A stretch of 64,000 bases of DNA from an uncultured Gammaproteobacteria bacterium (GTDB lineage: Bacteria; Patescibacteriota; Microgenomatia; CAZETR01; Amesbacteraceae): assembly GCA_964356225.1 (NCBI GenBank), contig CAYHGA010000001.1, forward strand, positions 104,220-168,219, read 5' to 3'. A model generated the notes under the pieces. It saw only the letters and a program-made list of their open reading frames with translations. It was not told the DNA's origin and made no database searches. A program made the translations under genes and the position numbers. This document shows positions 47,243 to 55,865 of the stretch, one piece after another. Each line of letters opens with the position of its first letter. The first letter of the stretch is position 1.

Positions 47243-49162
47243 TTATTGGGCCAGACTGGCGGATTTGATGATGAGCTGGAGGGGGGCGGTGTTTTTTTTG
47301 ACAACCGAGCTGTATACCTGATCACCCAATCCTTCCACTTGTTGATCGTTGGCAGGATCACGGAAGACGGACATGGTATATTCGCCGGCGGTGTCTTCCA
47401 GAGATGAGAAAGGAATGTTTTGAAATAACTGTTTCCACCAATCACCATTTTTAACATAAACGGGGGTGCCCTTGTTGGGATCGAAATCGTCTAGACGTTT
47501 TTTGAAGACGGCAGGGTCGGAACAGGGTTTGGCAGACGTACCCAGAGCGTCATTGCAGCCTACAATTGTGTTGTGAACGTCCTGTTGTCTGGATTCGATG
47601 ACGACGTTTTTGAGAGTGGTGGCCAAGTCGAAAGGGAGAAGTTTGCGCAGGGGGCCGGAATAGTTGACTACGCGGCTGATAGCGGCGGGGTTATTGGAAT
47701 CAATGGGCAGCTGGTCGCCGATTTGGGGAGTGCCGGTGAGGTACCAGGACAAATATTCGTTGACTTTTTGGGCGTCGGTGAGGGTGGTGTCCTGGGTGTT
47801 ACTTAAAACGCCTAAATTGGCGTGAGAGAGATCGACGGTAACGTCAAAAGCTGACGAGCGCCAGCAGGTGACGGTTCCACCATTTTGGAGCATGTTTTTG
47901 AAGTCTCTTTTTTCTTGGTCCGATGTTCCGAATTCGCTGGGATAACAAACGGTATGAGCAAAACCCTTTGTTGTTCTCCTTTCGTATAACCCGTTTTTGC
48001 CATAGGGATCAAAGCGTTCAATTGCCGATGGCGTCAGCGATGTGCCACAAGCAAAAGTATTAAATTTCTTTTCGGAAGTAAGCGGAGCTTCGGGAACGGA
48101 GCGGGAGATTAGGGGATCGCAAGGAGAGCCGGGATATGGGCGCAGAGGATGATATTCAGGGTCGGCAGGATTACCACTACAGGGATAATATTTGAGGGGG
48201 TTAAACCCTTCTTCTAATGGGCCTTTTTTCTGGGGGAGAGGAGGACCAGTGGGAATTTCATCAAACTTATAACCAACTTCACCAAGATAAAAGGGCTTAC
48301 CAAGCTGATTAGATTGATCTTGGGCTTGGGACGCAAGGGACTTTTCCGAGGGATTATAGTAGTGAGCAGAAGTAAGGTCAATGGACGAAGAATTATTACT
48401 GTTTTTAAAGTCACCATTGCCTGGGCTGTCGCCTAAAGTAGTATTTTCGTTCGATTTTTGGCCGATACTGACTTTGGCATCGGAATCGATACGTTTTATT
48501 TGTTGGGCAACATCGTTAGCCCAAAGTTTGTAAGGTCCACGACAAGCGTCAATACCACTACAATGCGGCTCGTTGGCGAGTTCATAGCCAAAGAGCGACG
48601 GATTTCCTTTCAATTTACTAACGACGGATTTTATATATGGAAGATAAGCCGTTTTATAGTCGGAAAGATACCAAGATGTGGGATCGGATCTGATATCACC
48701 AGGGAGAATATCCCCACTACTGTTACTGTAATCTGCGAGAACGACGATGGTTTTGACACCATATTTTTCGGCAGAGTCCAATACTAATTTTGGGTCTCCC
48801 CGGTCGGGACTGCCCCAAACGCGGACAACGGAAACTCCACACTCCTTTGATAAATAAGAAAATGTGTCGTCTGTTTGAGTAGGATGATTGGCCAAACTAT
48901 GAATGTTAACACCGATGAATTTGCCGGAATATTTATCGGCGGCTTGTTTGAGAATGCCACAAACAGGACTTCCTTTGTAAAATGAATAGGGATCGTTTTC
49001 GAAATACTTGTCTTTTGGGCCGGAGTATTGCCAGACAAGAAAACCGGCAGCACCGGAGCCAAACCACTGGTCGAGGTCAGATTGTAAATCGTCGAGTGGA
49101 CCGGCCAAAACGGCGGGAGCCGTAATTAAAATTATGCACAAAAATAGTAAAAGTTTTTTCAT
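47243..49162 (-). CDS. Secreted protein with a GH5-like glycoside hydrolase domain
   Basis: Signal MKKLLLF; VRVW, YELANEP, SAHYY, KPFYLGEVG. Confidence 0.8.
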   Translation of the reverse strand: MKKLLLFLCIILITAPAVLAGPLDDLQSDLDQWFGSGAAGFLVWQYSGPKDKYFENDPYSFYKGSPVCGILKQAADKYSGKFIGVNIHSLANHPTQTDDTFSYLSKECGVSVVRVWGSPDRGDPKLVLDSAEKYGVKTIVVLADYSNSSGDILPGDIRSDPTSWYLSDYKTAYLPYIKSVVSKLKGNPSLFGYELANEPHCSGIDACRGPYKLWANDVAQQIKRIDSDAKVSIGQKSNENTTLGDSPGNGDFKNSNNSSSIDLTSAHYYNPSEKSLASQAQDQSNQLGKPFYLGEVGYKFDEIPTGPPLPQKKGPLEEGFNPLKYYPCSGNPADPEYHPLRPYPGSPCDPLISRSVPEAPLTSEKKFNTFACGTSLTPSAIERFDPYGKNGLYERRTTKGFAHTVCYPSEFGTSDQEKRDFKNMLQNGGTVTCWRSSAFDVTVDLSHANLGVLSNTQDTTLTDAQKVNEYLSWYLTGTPQIGDQLPIDSNNPAAISRVVNYSGPLRKLLPFDLATTLKNVVIESRQQDVHNTIVGCNDALGTSAKPCSDPAVFKKRLDDFDPNKGTPVYVKNGDWWKQLFQNIPFSSLEDTAGEYTMSVFRDPANDQQVEGLGDQVYSSVVKKNTAPLQLIIKSASLAQ

Positions 49163-51330
49163 GGTGAAACGACACATGAGGCGATATTCAAAACGCTTTG
49201 TTGATAACAAGTGGAAGGATTGGCGACACAAGATGGCCGGGGTGGATATTTGGGGTCGGGATGTTTGGGATCTTCACAATAACCAAGGTATTGTCTGGCG
49301 GCTGTAACAATGTCTGAATTATTCCAATAGCAAGAGGTAGAAGGACCTTGGTTAGTATTGAGCACATAACCAATACATTCAGGAATAGAGTAGCTGGCGG
49401 CTCCACCACGTTCTTGACCAATTTTTTTAGCTGCTGCAAAAGTGGAGTCTAATAGATTACAAATATTGGGGGTACGACCATCGGACACTCCTGCTTCAAC
49501 GACAGCATTGGAATACGAGGACCACGTGCTAGGCAAGAATTGCCAGGGACCTTTAGCGCCGGAACTGCTAATATTACTACCATCACAATTAGTTACTTGA
49601 CAGTTTGGGCCACTGACAGCAAGAACTTTGGATTCATCCCAACCCCATGAAGGGTTAAGGCCTCCCTCATTATAAAATACGCCAACTAGAACAGAGACGG
49701 GAACTTTATAGAATGAGGCAGCTGATTCAAAAATATTTTTCATTGATAATGAAGGAAAAGATATCGAGCAAGTTTGGCATGTAGGGTCGATAATTGGCAG
49801 GGTGGGGAGTGTTGGAGTGCAGGCATTTTGATTGTTGGGAGGAGTAGTAGAAAAACCCAGGGGCCGGAGGGTTTTTTGCAGGCCCTGCAGGAAATATTCA
49901 TACAGACTGCCTAGATGGGGAATATAGATAGTGGGCGTGGCAGAGCCATTTCCGGCCTGAATATTTACTCTGCTACCTTCCTGGTTTACTCCGGTTGCCT
50001 CAGCTAAAAAACTAGCCTGGGAAGGGATTTCCTTAAACTCTTTGGGTAAATTCTTGGGAAAGATTCTTTTTAAGACCGATTGTGATCCTACTACCAGCGA
50101 ATCGTAAATATATTCTATAAGGGGAGTTTTGGTATACACCACGGCCCGGCCCTTGGTAGGATAATCGTTACCAGCGCGGGTGGCGCATTTGTAATAAACA
50201 TCCTCAGTTCCGATTAAGTTAGGGACGACCGTGACTTGCGGAGTCAAAGAATAATAACCATTCCCCTCATATTCCGAACAACATTTGGTGCCGGACCGCC
50301 GTTCTGTCTCGGATATATTGTAATTGTCTTCTTTACATCCGTCCGGGTGGGGAGCGGTTTCATAGGTATATTTTTGGGTATAAGTCAGACTGGATACAAT
50401 TGTGGGGCCCAGGAGATCGTCTCCGGGGTTGGCGCGGGTATCGGCGATACTGCAAAAACCGGAGGCTTTGTAAGGAAGATTGGGGTCGTTGAAAGAATAG
50501 AGAGGATCGGGAGCGGGGGCATTTACTTTCAAGGAAGAATTATTTTTGTCAGACACGTATTGGGTGTCGTCGTCCAGCCCTTGATGAAGCTGAATGCGGG
50601 TGGTAACGGCGGCGGGATTATCAAGAGAAGCTGATTGGGGAGCGGGGGGCTCGGCGTTTTTATTGAATGAGCCGGGAGCGGGATTGAAAATAGACTGGAG
50701 GAGAGTGGACAGGGCGGAGATATTTCTGAGCTGAGGAAACCAGAGGCGGGATTCGCCGGCGCCACTCCTGGCGATATTGGTGCAGAAGCCATATGGAGGG
50801 GTAACTGAAGGAAGAGAGGGAGAGCAATCATTGGGTTTGGGGGGAATTCCTGTTTGACTGCAAGAGTTTTTTGAACCACAACAAAAGACATTGTCGGAAC
50901 AAACTTTGACAGTGTTTATACCAGGAGAACCAAAAGTTAGTCCGTTAAAGGTGAACGGGCCGGAAGTCTGGGTTTCGATTTGGCCTTTGATGGGGGGGGT
51001 GGGGAGGGAGCTGGCCCCTTGGGCAAAATTGGCACCGTAACAGACCCAAAAATTTTGATTGCCGTCGATACCATACGCGCACCAGGGAATAATTTCGGGG
51101 GAAGTGCCGCAAATAGGGGATTTGAGAGTGTCGTAGGCCAAAGTTTCTTCTTTGGTGTCGCAGTACATTTGGATTCCCTGAAACTGGGCCGGAAATGGGG
51201 ATGTGCCGGTTTTTTGACAACGGCAGAGATCTTTTTGAGGATCATTACACCAGCAAGCCGCCCCCGCCGGAGGCGGGGCGGCAGAGCCCAGAAGGAAGAG
51301 AAAAGTGCTCAGGGCAAGAAATTTCTTCAC
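49159..51330 (-). CDS. Secreted Cys-rich protein with C-terminal lytic transglycosylase (SLT-like) domain
   Basis: AASFYKVPVSVLVGVFYNE..SSSGAKGPWQFLPSTW..NLLDSTFAAA. Confidence 0.8.
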   Translation of the reverse strand: MKKFLALSTFLFLLGSAAPPPAGAACWCNDPQKDLCRCQKTGTSPFPAQFQGIQMYCDTKEETLAYDTLKSPICGTSPEIIPWCAYGIDGNQNFWVCYGANFAQGASSLPTPPIKGQIETQTSGPFTFNGLTFGSPGINTVKVCSDNVFCCGSKNSCSQTGIPPKPNDCSPSLPSVTPPYGFCTNIARSGAGESRLWFPQLRNISALSTLLQSIFNPAPGSFNKNAEPPAPQSASLDNPAAVTTRIQLHQGLDDDTQYVSDKNNSSLKVNAPAPDPLYSFNDPNLPYKASGFCSIADTRANPGDDLLGPTIVSSLTYTQKYTYETAPHPDGCKEDNYNISETERRSGTKCCSEYEGNGYYSLTPQVTVVPNLIGTEDVYYKCATRAGNDYPTKGRAVVYTKTPLIEYIYDSLVVGSQSVLKRIFPKNLPKEFKEIPSQASFLAEATGVNQEGSRVNIQAGNGSATPTIYIPHLGSLYEYFLQGLQKTLRPLGFSTTPPNNQNACTPTLPTLPIIDPTCQTCSISFPSLSMKNIFESAASFYKVPVSVLVGVFYNEGGLNPSWGWDESKVLAVSGPNCQVTNCDGSNISSSGAKGPWQFLPSTWSSYSNAVVEAGVSDGRTPNICNLLDSTFAAAKKIGQERGGAASYSIPECIGYVLNTNQGPSTSCYWNNSDIVTAARQYLGYCEDPKHPDPKYPPRPSCVANPSTCYQQSVLNIASCVVSP

Positions 51331-51339
51331 CAGTTTATT

Positions 51340-51627
51340 CTAGCAGACGGGGCCGGGGAGGCAGATGGAGAACATGGAGAAATTCAGTCCAAGGAAATTC
51401 CCCAGTAAGTTTAAGATAATCCAGGCAGATAAAACCAAGACCAGGCCACCGATGGCGTAGGTGAGAGTTTTTTGAGCTTTGGCGGCGCCTTCTTTGTCTC
51501 CACCGGCAGTTAAAAACCCAAAACCGCCCACAATCAACATTACTAAGACCGCAATTCCGGCTAAGGTCAAAGCACCGGAGACCACGGATGAAAAGACGGT
51601 TTCGAGATTTTGAATAGTGGCGGGCAT
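51340..51627 (-). CDS. VirB2/T4SS-pilin-like protein
   Basis: GG..FLTAGGD..AKAQKTLTYAIGGL. Confidence 0.85.
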   Translation of the reverse strand: MPATIQNLETVFSSVVSGALTLAGIAVLVMLIVGGFGFLTAGGDKEGAAKAQKTLTYAIGGLVLVLSAWIILNLLGNFLGLNFSMFSICLPGPVC

Positions 51628-51657
51628 GTTTTTATTTTAACACTTCTCATCAAAACC

Positions 51658-51686
51658 AAATTGTCCCGCTTGCGGCGGGACAATTT
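51658..51686 (-). terminator. Stem-loop, likely terminator or stabilising hairpin
   Basis: 12-bp perfect stem aaattgtcccgc/gcgggacaattt with 5-nt loop, 18 nt after the stop of 51705-52118. Confidence 0.7.
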
Positions 51687-51704
51687 AACGTCAACCCTAA
51701 GCAA

Positions 51705-52118
51705 CTATTGGGTAGTAATTGAGGGAATTACGAGGTTTAGAATACTGATGCCGAATATGCTATCGATAAGGAACGCAATGGCGTAGGTAGAAAAGACAAT
51801 CGCAAGGCCCAATAGGGCGGCCGTAATACGCTTGCGAGCTTTTTCGGTCCCTTCTTTGTCGCCGCCGGCCATAATCCATTGGACTCCTCCTATTAAGAGA
51901 AAGAAGAAGGCGACTAAACCTGCGCCCATTAGCACAAGGTTAATGCTGAGGCGAAGGATGTTTTGGGCATTAAACGTTCCCTCAGTGCCGATTGTCTGCC
52001 CTATTCCAGACTTAGGGATTAAGTCTATATTTTCTGCAAGGGCTGTGGTTGGTGATACGGTGAGCATTGTTGCTAGAGCAGAACCGTATTTGATGGCGTT
52101 TTTAATTTTGTTTGTCAA
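51705..52118 (-). CDS. VirB2/T4SS-pilin-like protein (possible major pilin)
   Basis: Signal peptide; GGVQWIMAGGDKEGTEKARKRITAALLGL; AGGAGGTGA upstream. Confidence 0.85.
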   Translation of the reverse strand: MTNKIKNAIKYGSALATMLTVSPTTALAENIDLIPKSGIGQTIGTEGTFNAQNILRLSINLVLMGAGLVAFFFLLIGGVQWIMAGGDKEGTEKARKRITAALLGLAIVFSTYAIAFLIDSIFGISILNLVIPSITTQ

Positions 52119-52133
52119 AGATGCTCACCTCCT

Positions 52134-52472
52134 TTACTGGATGACAGGAATTGTAAATTTAGTAATAGAAACACCAAATAATGTTTCAACTAAGTAGATT
52201 ATAGCAAAGATGGAGAAGACAATTGCAAGACCTATTAAAGCAGCGGTGAGACGTTTGGAGGCGGATTGGGTGCGTTCTTTGTCTCCTCCGGCGGTGATAT
52301 ATTCTATTCCGCCCCAGAGGAGCATAAAAAAGAAAATAATGCCGGCGGCTCCCAAAGCTAGAGTAATAAAATTGGTGAGAAAGAGCTGGAGGATGTCGAT
52401 GCCGGAACTATAACCAACGCTAGTATTGATTGCGGGGTTTTTAATGACGAAACCTTGGGCAAGTATTCTCAT
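52134..52472 (-). CDS. VirB2/T4SS-pilin-like protein
   Basis: GGIEYITAGGDKERTQSASKRLTAALIGL. Confidence 0.85.
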   Translation of the reverse strand: MRILAQGFVIKNPAINTSVGYSSGIDILQLFLTNFITLALGAAGIIFFFMLLWGGIEYITAGGDKERTQSASKRLTAALIGLAIVFSIFAIIYLVETLFGVSITKFTIPVIQ

Positions 52473-52909
52473 CTTCGTGGAGTGCCACCGCCTCCAGTAC
52501 TACCGGGAATGTTACAAGTAAAGGTTGTGGTTCCGATGGTATTGGAAAAAAGGTCTCCAAATGGACAAAGGATGTTTATTCCGAAGATTAATCCTATGAT
52601 TCCAATTAGGGCGTAGGAAAATACGACTACAAACAGTCCTAAAATAGCATTCACGATTCTTTTTTGGGCGTTTTGCAGGGCTTGTTTTTCTCCTCCACCC
52701 GCTAACCACTGAAAGGCTCCGGCAAATATTTGAATGATAAACCAGACTCCGGCCGCAACAGTGAGAACACCGATTCCCGTGGAAAGAGTGGAGACAAAAA
52801 GGGCAAAGGGCTCTGTTCCTCCTTTGGTCAGGGTCTTGGTAAAATCTCCCAGGGGCCCCACGCCCTCAAAAGTTCCTAAAGGAGCGTCGGCTAAGAATTT
52901 CATGGGCAT
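52469..52909 (-). CDS. VirB2/T4SS-pilin-like protein
   Basis: GAFQWLAGGGEKQALQNAQKRIVNAILGL. Confidence 0.85.
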   Translation of the reverse strand: MPMKFLADAPLGTFEGVGPLGDFTKTLTKGGTEPFALFVSTLSTGIGVLTVAAGVWFIIQIFAGAFQWLAGGGEKQALQNAQKRIVNAILGLFVVVFSYALIGIIGLIFGINILCPFGDLFSNTIGTTTFTCNIPGSTGGGGTPRR

Positions 52910-53256
52910 GATCCGGGCCCGTAAATAACGGGGGAGATAATGGCGGTGGCATCGCCAAAAATTAAATAGCCAAAGATTCCTGCAAGAACAAATGAGCCGG
53001 CGACAAAAGTCAGACCGAGGAGAGATTGGGTGAACTTGCCAAAAGCCTTACCCATGGCTTTGGCATCGTCACCGGCGGACATAAATCCGTAACCGGCGGC
53101 AATGAAATTCCAAAAAGCATATAGGCCGGCCAGGACGATGACCGTTTTAAGCAGGCCATTGCTTAGAGTAATCAATCCAGATCCACATTCACTACCTTTT
53201 AGGGGTGAATTTAATGTTGCAAACGGGTCATAAATTTTACCGAATGGGGAAATCAT
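52900..53256 (-). CDS. VirB2/T4SS-pilin-like protein
   Basis: AGYGFMSAGDDAKAMGKA..QSLLGL. Confidence 0.8.
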   Translation of the reverse strand: MISPFGKIYDPFATLNSPLKGSECGSGLITLSNGLLKTVIVLAGLYAFWNFIAAGYGFMSAGDDAKAMGKAFGKFTQSLLGLTFVAGSFVLAGIFGYLIFGDATAIISPVIYGPGSCP

Positions 53257-53597
53257 AGTCTTATGTTAAAAAAGTCGATGCCGGTAATGACCCCGACTGC
53301 TTGGAGTATAAAATAAGCGGAGATGACAAGCAAGAATCCGATAACGGAAAATGTGATAGTATTTTTTGCTTGAGCTGCGGCTTTGGCGTCATCTCTGCCG
53401 GCTGACGAAATCATGGAAAATCCGGCGCCAAGCAGTAAAAACAAAAATATGACTCCGGCGCCAATGAGAGCGTTGGGGAGAAGGGAAGTGATAAGAGTAC
53501 CGAGATTGGCGTTGGTCCCGCCCGCAATGCCTGCGGCTTGAGGGGAATTTGTAAAAAACTGTTCATTAATGTCTACTTGGGATAATAATTTGGTCAT
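53253..53597 (-). CDS. VirB2/T4SS-pilin-like protein
   Basis: AGFSMISSAG..AKNTITFSVIGF. Confidence 0.8.
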   Translation of the reverse strand: MTKLLSQVDINEQFFTNSPQAAGIAGGTNANLGTLITSLLPNALIGAGVIFLFLLLGAGFSMISSAGRDDAKAAAQAKNTITFSVIGFLLVISAYFILQAVGVITGIDFFNIRL

Positions 53598-53899
53598 AAG
53601 ATTTCGATGCCAAAGATGGTTTGTATAACCTGAATTATAAAGTAAGCGGAAATGACAACTAATAAACCAATAAGAGCATTGACAAGTTCTTTAGAGGCGC
53701 TCTGGATTTTGTTTTGATCACCGGCGTTGGTGAGGTAGGTGTATCCGGCGGAAATAAGACGAACGAAGAAAAATAAACCGGAGAGGGCGATGGCAAAAGT
53801 AAGAATGCGGGCTACATAATATCCAAGAAACACATCTGGGGTAAGAAGATTTAGGGGACCAGGTTGGTTAATGCCAGTGATTTGGGCGAGTTGTTTCAT
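53594..53899 (-). CDS. VirB2/T4SS-pilin-like protein
   Basis: AGYTYLTNAGDQNKIQSASKELVNALIGL. Confidence 0.85.
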   Translation of the reverse strand: MKQLAQITGINQPGPLNLLTPDVFLGYYVARILTFAIALSGLFFFVRLISAGYTYLTNAGDQNKIQSASKELVNALIGLLVVISAYFIIQVIQTIFGIEIL

Positions 53900-54639
53900 A
53901 GGTTGAGACCAGGATTTCCTACGAAGCCGGGTAAATTAAGGATTTTTACTCCAATAAAGTTTAACAGAACGAGGCTTAATGCAATAATGATGAGGCCGGC
54001 GAGGGCGGACATGAGCAGTTCGCGGGCGGCTTGAACCTTTTTCGGGTCGCCACTGGCGGTGGTCATTTGAAAGCCGGCTAAGACGATCATCAAAAAGGCA
54101 ATACCTCCGCCAACCCCTACTCCCCAACCTAAGAGTTGGGAAACCAGCTGTTTGGGATCTCCGGCCATCAAACAACCAATGGCAGTAGAGACTCCAAGAT
54201 TATCTGTGCCACAAAGAGCGCTTGAGCTGGCTGCGGGGGGATTGATGAGAGAAACACACACTCCGCTGCTGCAATTTCCGAAACTGCAGGTGTTTCCGGG
54301 ACAACAAGTTTGTCCTACATTACCGCAAGCTGCACAGTGAATTGTATTGTCGCAGTTCAGGTTGTTGAAGCAGCGAAAACCGCCAGTATATGAACCGCAA
54401 CAAGGATCTCCGACTTTATCACAAGTAGTGGGGGGGGTAGTGGGGGCTGGGATTTTACAATGGATTGTACTATCGCACTCGCTTGCTGGTGGATTGCAAT
54501 ACAAAATACTAGTTATAGAACCACAACAGGCATCGCCTACAGCGCTGCAGTTGGTGGCGAGGGAGGGGGACGGCCGGAGGCCGGAATAAACACCAATAAG
54601 TACCAAGGCCGAAATAAATATTAATAATTTACCGTTCAC
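53896..54639 (-). CDS. Pilin-like protein with N-terminal Cys-rich repeats
   Basis: Three C-x6-CC repeats, TAIGC, AGFQMTTASGDPKKVQAARE. Confidence 0.85.
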   Translation of the reverse strand: MNGKLLIFISALVLIGVYSGLRPSPSLATNCSAVGDACCGSITSILYCNPPASECDSTIHCKIPAPTTPPTTCDKVGDPCCGSYTGGFRCFNNLNCDNTIHCAACGNVGQTCCPGNTCSFGNCSSGVCVSLINPPAASSSALCGTDNLGVSTAIGCLMAGDPKQLVSQLLGWGVGVGGGIAFLMIVLAGFQMTTASGDPKKVQAARELLMSALAGLIIIALSLVLLNFIGVKILNLPGFVGNPGLNL

Positions 54640-54649
54640 CGTCTCAAGT

Positions 54650-55210
54650 TTAGCACAATTTTTGCAGCCAGAGTTTTTTCAGGCGGGAGAATTGATGGGG
54701 GTTGAGATTGAGTTCGGGGACGGAGGTTTGAGAGTTGAAAAGGCTTATCACACCGGTGGGGATTTGAGACCAGTCAAGAGATGGAAGTAAGAGGAGGCTG
54801 ATAATGTCAATTAAGTCTTTGTGGCCTTTGCCGCTGCCTTGACGGGCGCGGTAAGCGGTGAGCTTGAGGGCGATGAGAGTTTCAGGCGGGGGGACGGTGA
54901 AACCGTCAACAATGACGGTCCGGTCAATGTCGGGGCCCAGCTGGGAGTAGTGGGGAACGTAAACGTCAATTTGGACTTCGTCCCGGGCGATCTCGTATTT
55001 TTTGAGGCGCTCGTTTTTGGTTAGGGGAAAGTCGTAGCGAAGTTTTTCTAAAGTATCGAATTTGACTAACAAATCAATGTCTTTGGATTTGAGCTGGTGG
55101 GTGTAGAGCCAGACTGCCCAGCCGCCAATTAGAATAAATTGGTATTTTTTGGCCAGCTGTTGTAAAAGTTCCCAGCTCTTGGTGGTGACTTGGTCACGGT
55201 AATAGTTCAT
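54650..55210 (-). CDS. Nucleotidyltransferase (AbiEii/type IV TA-like)
   Basis: LIGGWAV..SKDIDL..LIALK..KDLIDI. Confidence 0.75.
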   Translation of the reverse strand: MNYYRDQVTTKSWELLQQLAKKYQFILIGGWAVWLYTHQLKSKDIDLLVKFDTLEKLRYDFPLTKNERLKKYEIARDEVQIDVYVPHYSQLGPDIDRTVIVDGFTVPPPETLIALKLTAYRARQGSGKGHKDLIDIISLLLLPSLDWSQIPTGVISLFNSQTSVPELNLNPHQFSRLKKLWLQKLC

Positions 55211-55796
55211 CGATTTTAGACTTGACTAAAGTAACAAAATCTTTGGCGTACCAATCGGACAGGCCCCAGAGGTCGACGAAGAGTTGAGATAGAGAAATGG
55301 ATTCCTTCGGAAAGAGAGATTTGAGGAAAGGGTTGGCCTGGAGAACAAAGAGATTTGGGGGGCCAGGGAGGGTTTCGGGAGCGAAGCGGTCAATGACGGA
55401 TTGGGGTTGTGGGTGGTAACAATAGACTTTGTCGTAATCGGTCGGGGGTTCGCCGAAGCGCTCGCGGACCGCGGAGTAGGCGGTAGTGAGGGAGCCGTCG
55501 GGCAGACGCCCCTCGATTTCCATTACCGGTAGATTAACGCGGATTTGGGCGACCAGATCGGCGGACAAACGACGATGATTGGCCCAGTGGTAAAGGATCT
55601 TGTGGAAGTCAGTGATTTCGAACCCGCGTTTGTGGACGCGGACGGCGCCTAGTTCACGCAGGGGTTTGAGGGCGAGATTGGCGGTGGAAGAGGAAAGGTG
55701 AAAATGGCTGGCTAAGTCCTGCTGGCGGAAAGCCGAGAGACGGCTATCCAGGTAGGAGTCAAGGAGATGGCGCCAGATGAATTCGATTTTCTTCAT
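55194..55796 (-). CDS. Winged-helix protein (AbiEi-like antitoxin/regulator)
   Basis: FRQQDLA..LSSSTANLALKPL wHTH; QLFVDLW; paired with the NTase. Confidence 0.7.
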   Translation of the reverse strand: MKKIEFIWRHLLDSYLDSRLSAFRQQDLASHFHLSSSTANLALKPLRELGAVRVHKRGFEITDFHKILYHWANHRRLSADLVAQIRVNLPVMEIEGRLPDGSLTTAYSAVRERFGEPPTDYDKVYCYHPQPQSVIDRFAPETLPGPPNLFVLQANPFLKSLFPKESISLSQLFVDLWGLSDWYAKDFVTLVKSKIDELLP

Positions 55797-55811
55797 ATAA
55801 ATATCGGTTGA

Positions 55812-55845
55812 ATTCGATAATACTCGAATCCGGGGAATTTGTCAA
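55812..55845 (-). promoter_or_regulatory. Sigma70 promoter with an inverted-repeat operator
   Basis: TTGACA-17nt-TATTAT on -; attcga/tcgaat flank the -10 box. Confidence 0.65.
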
Positions 55846-55865
55846 GATGATGGTAAGATAAAAAG

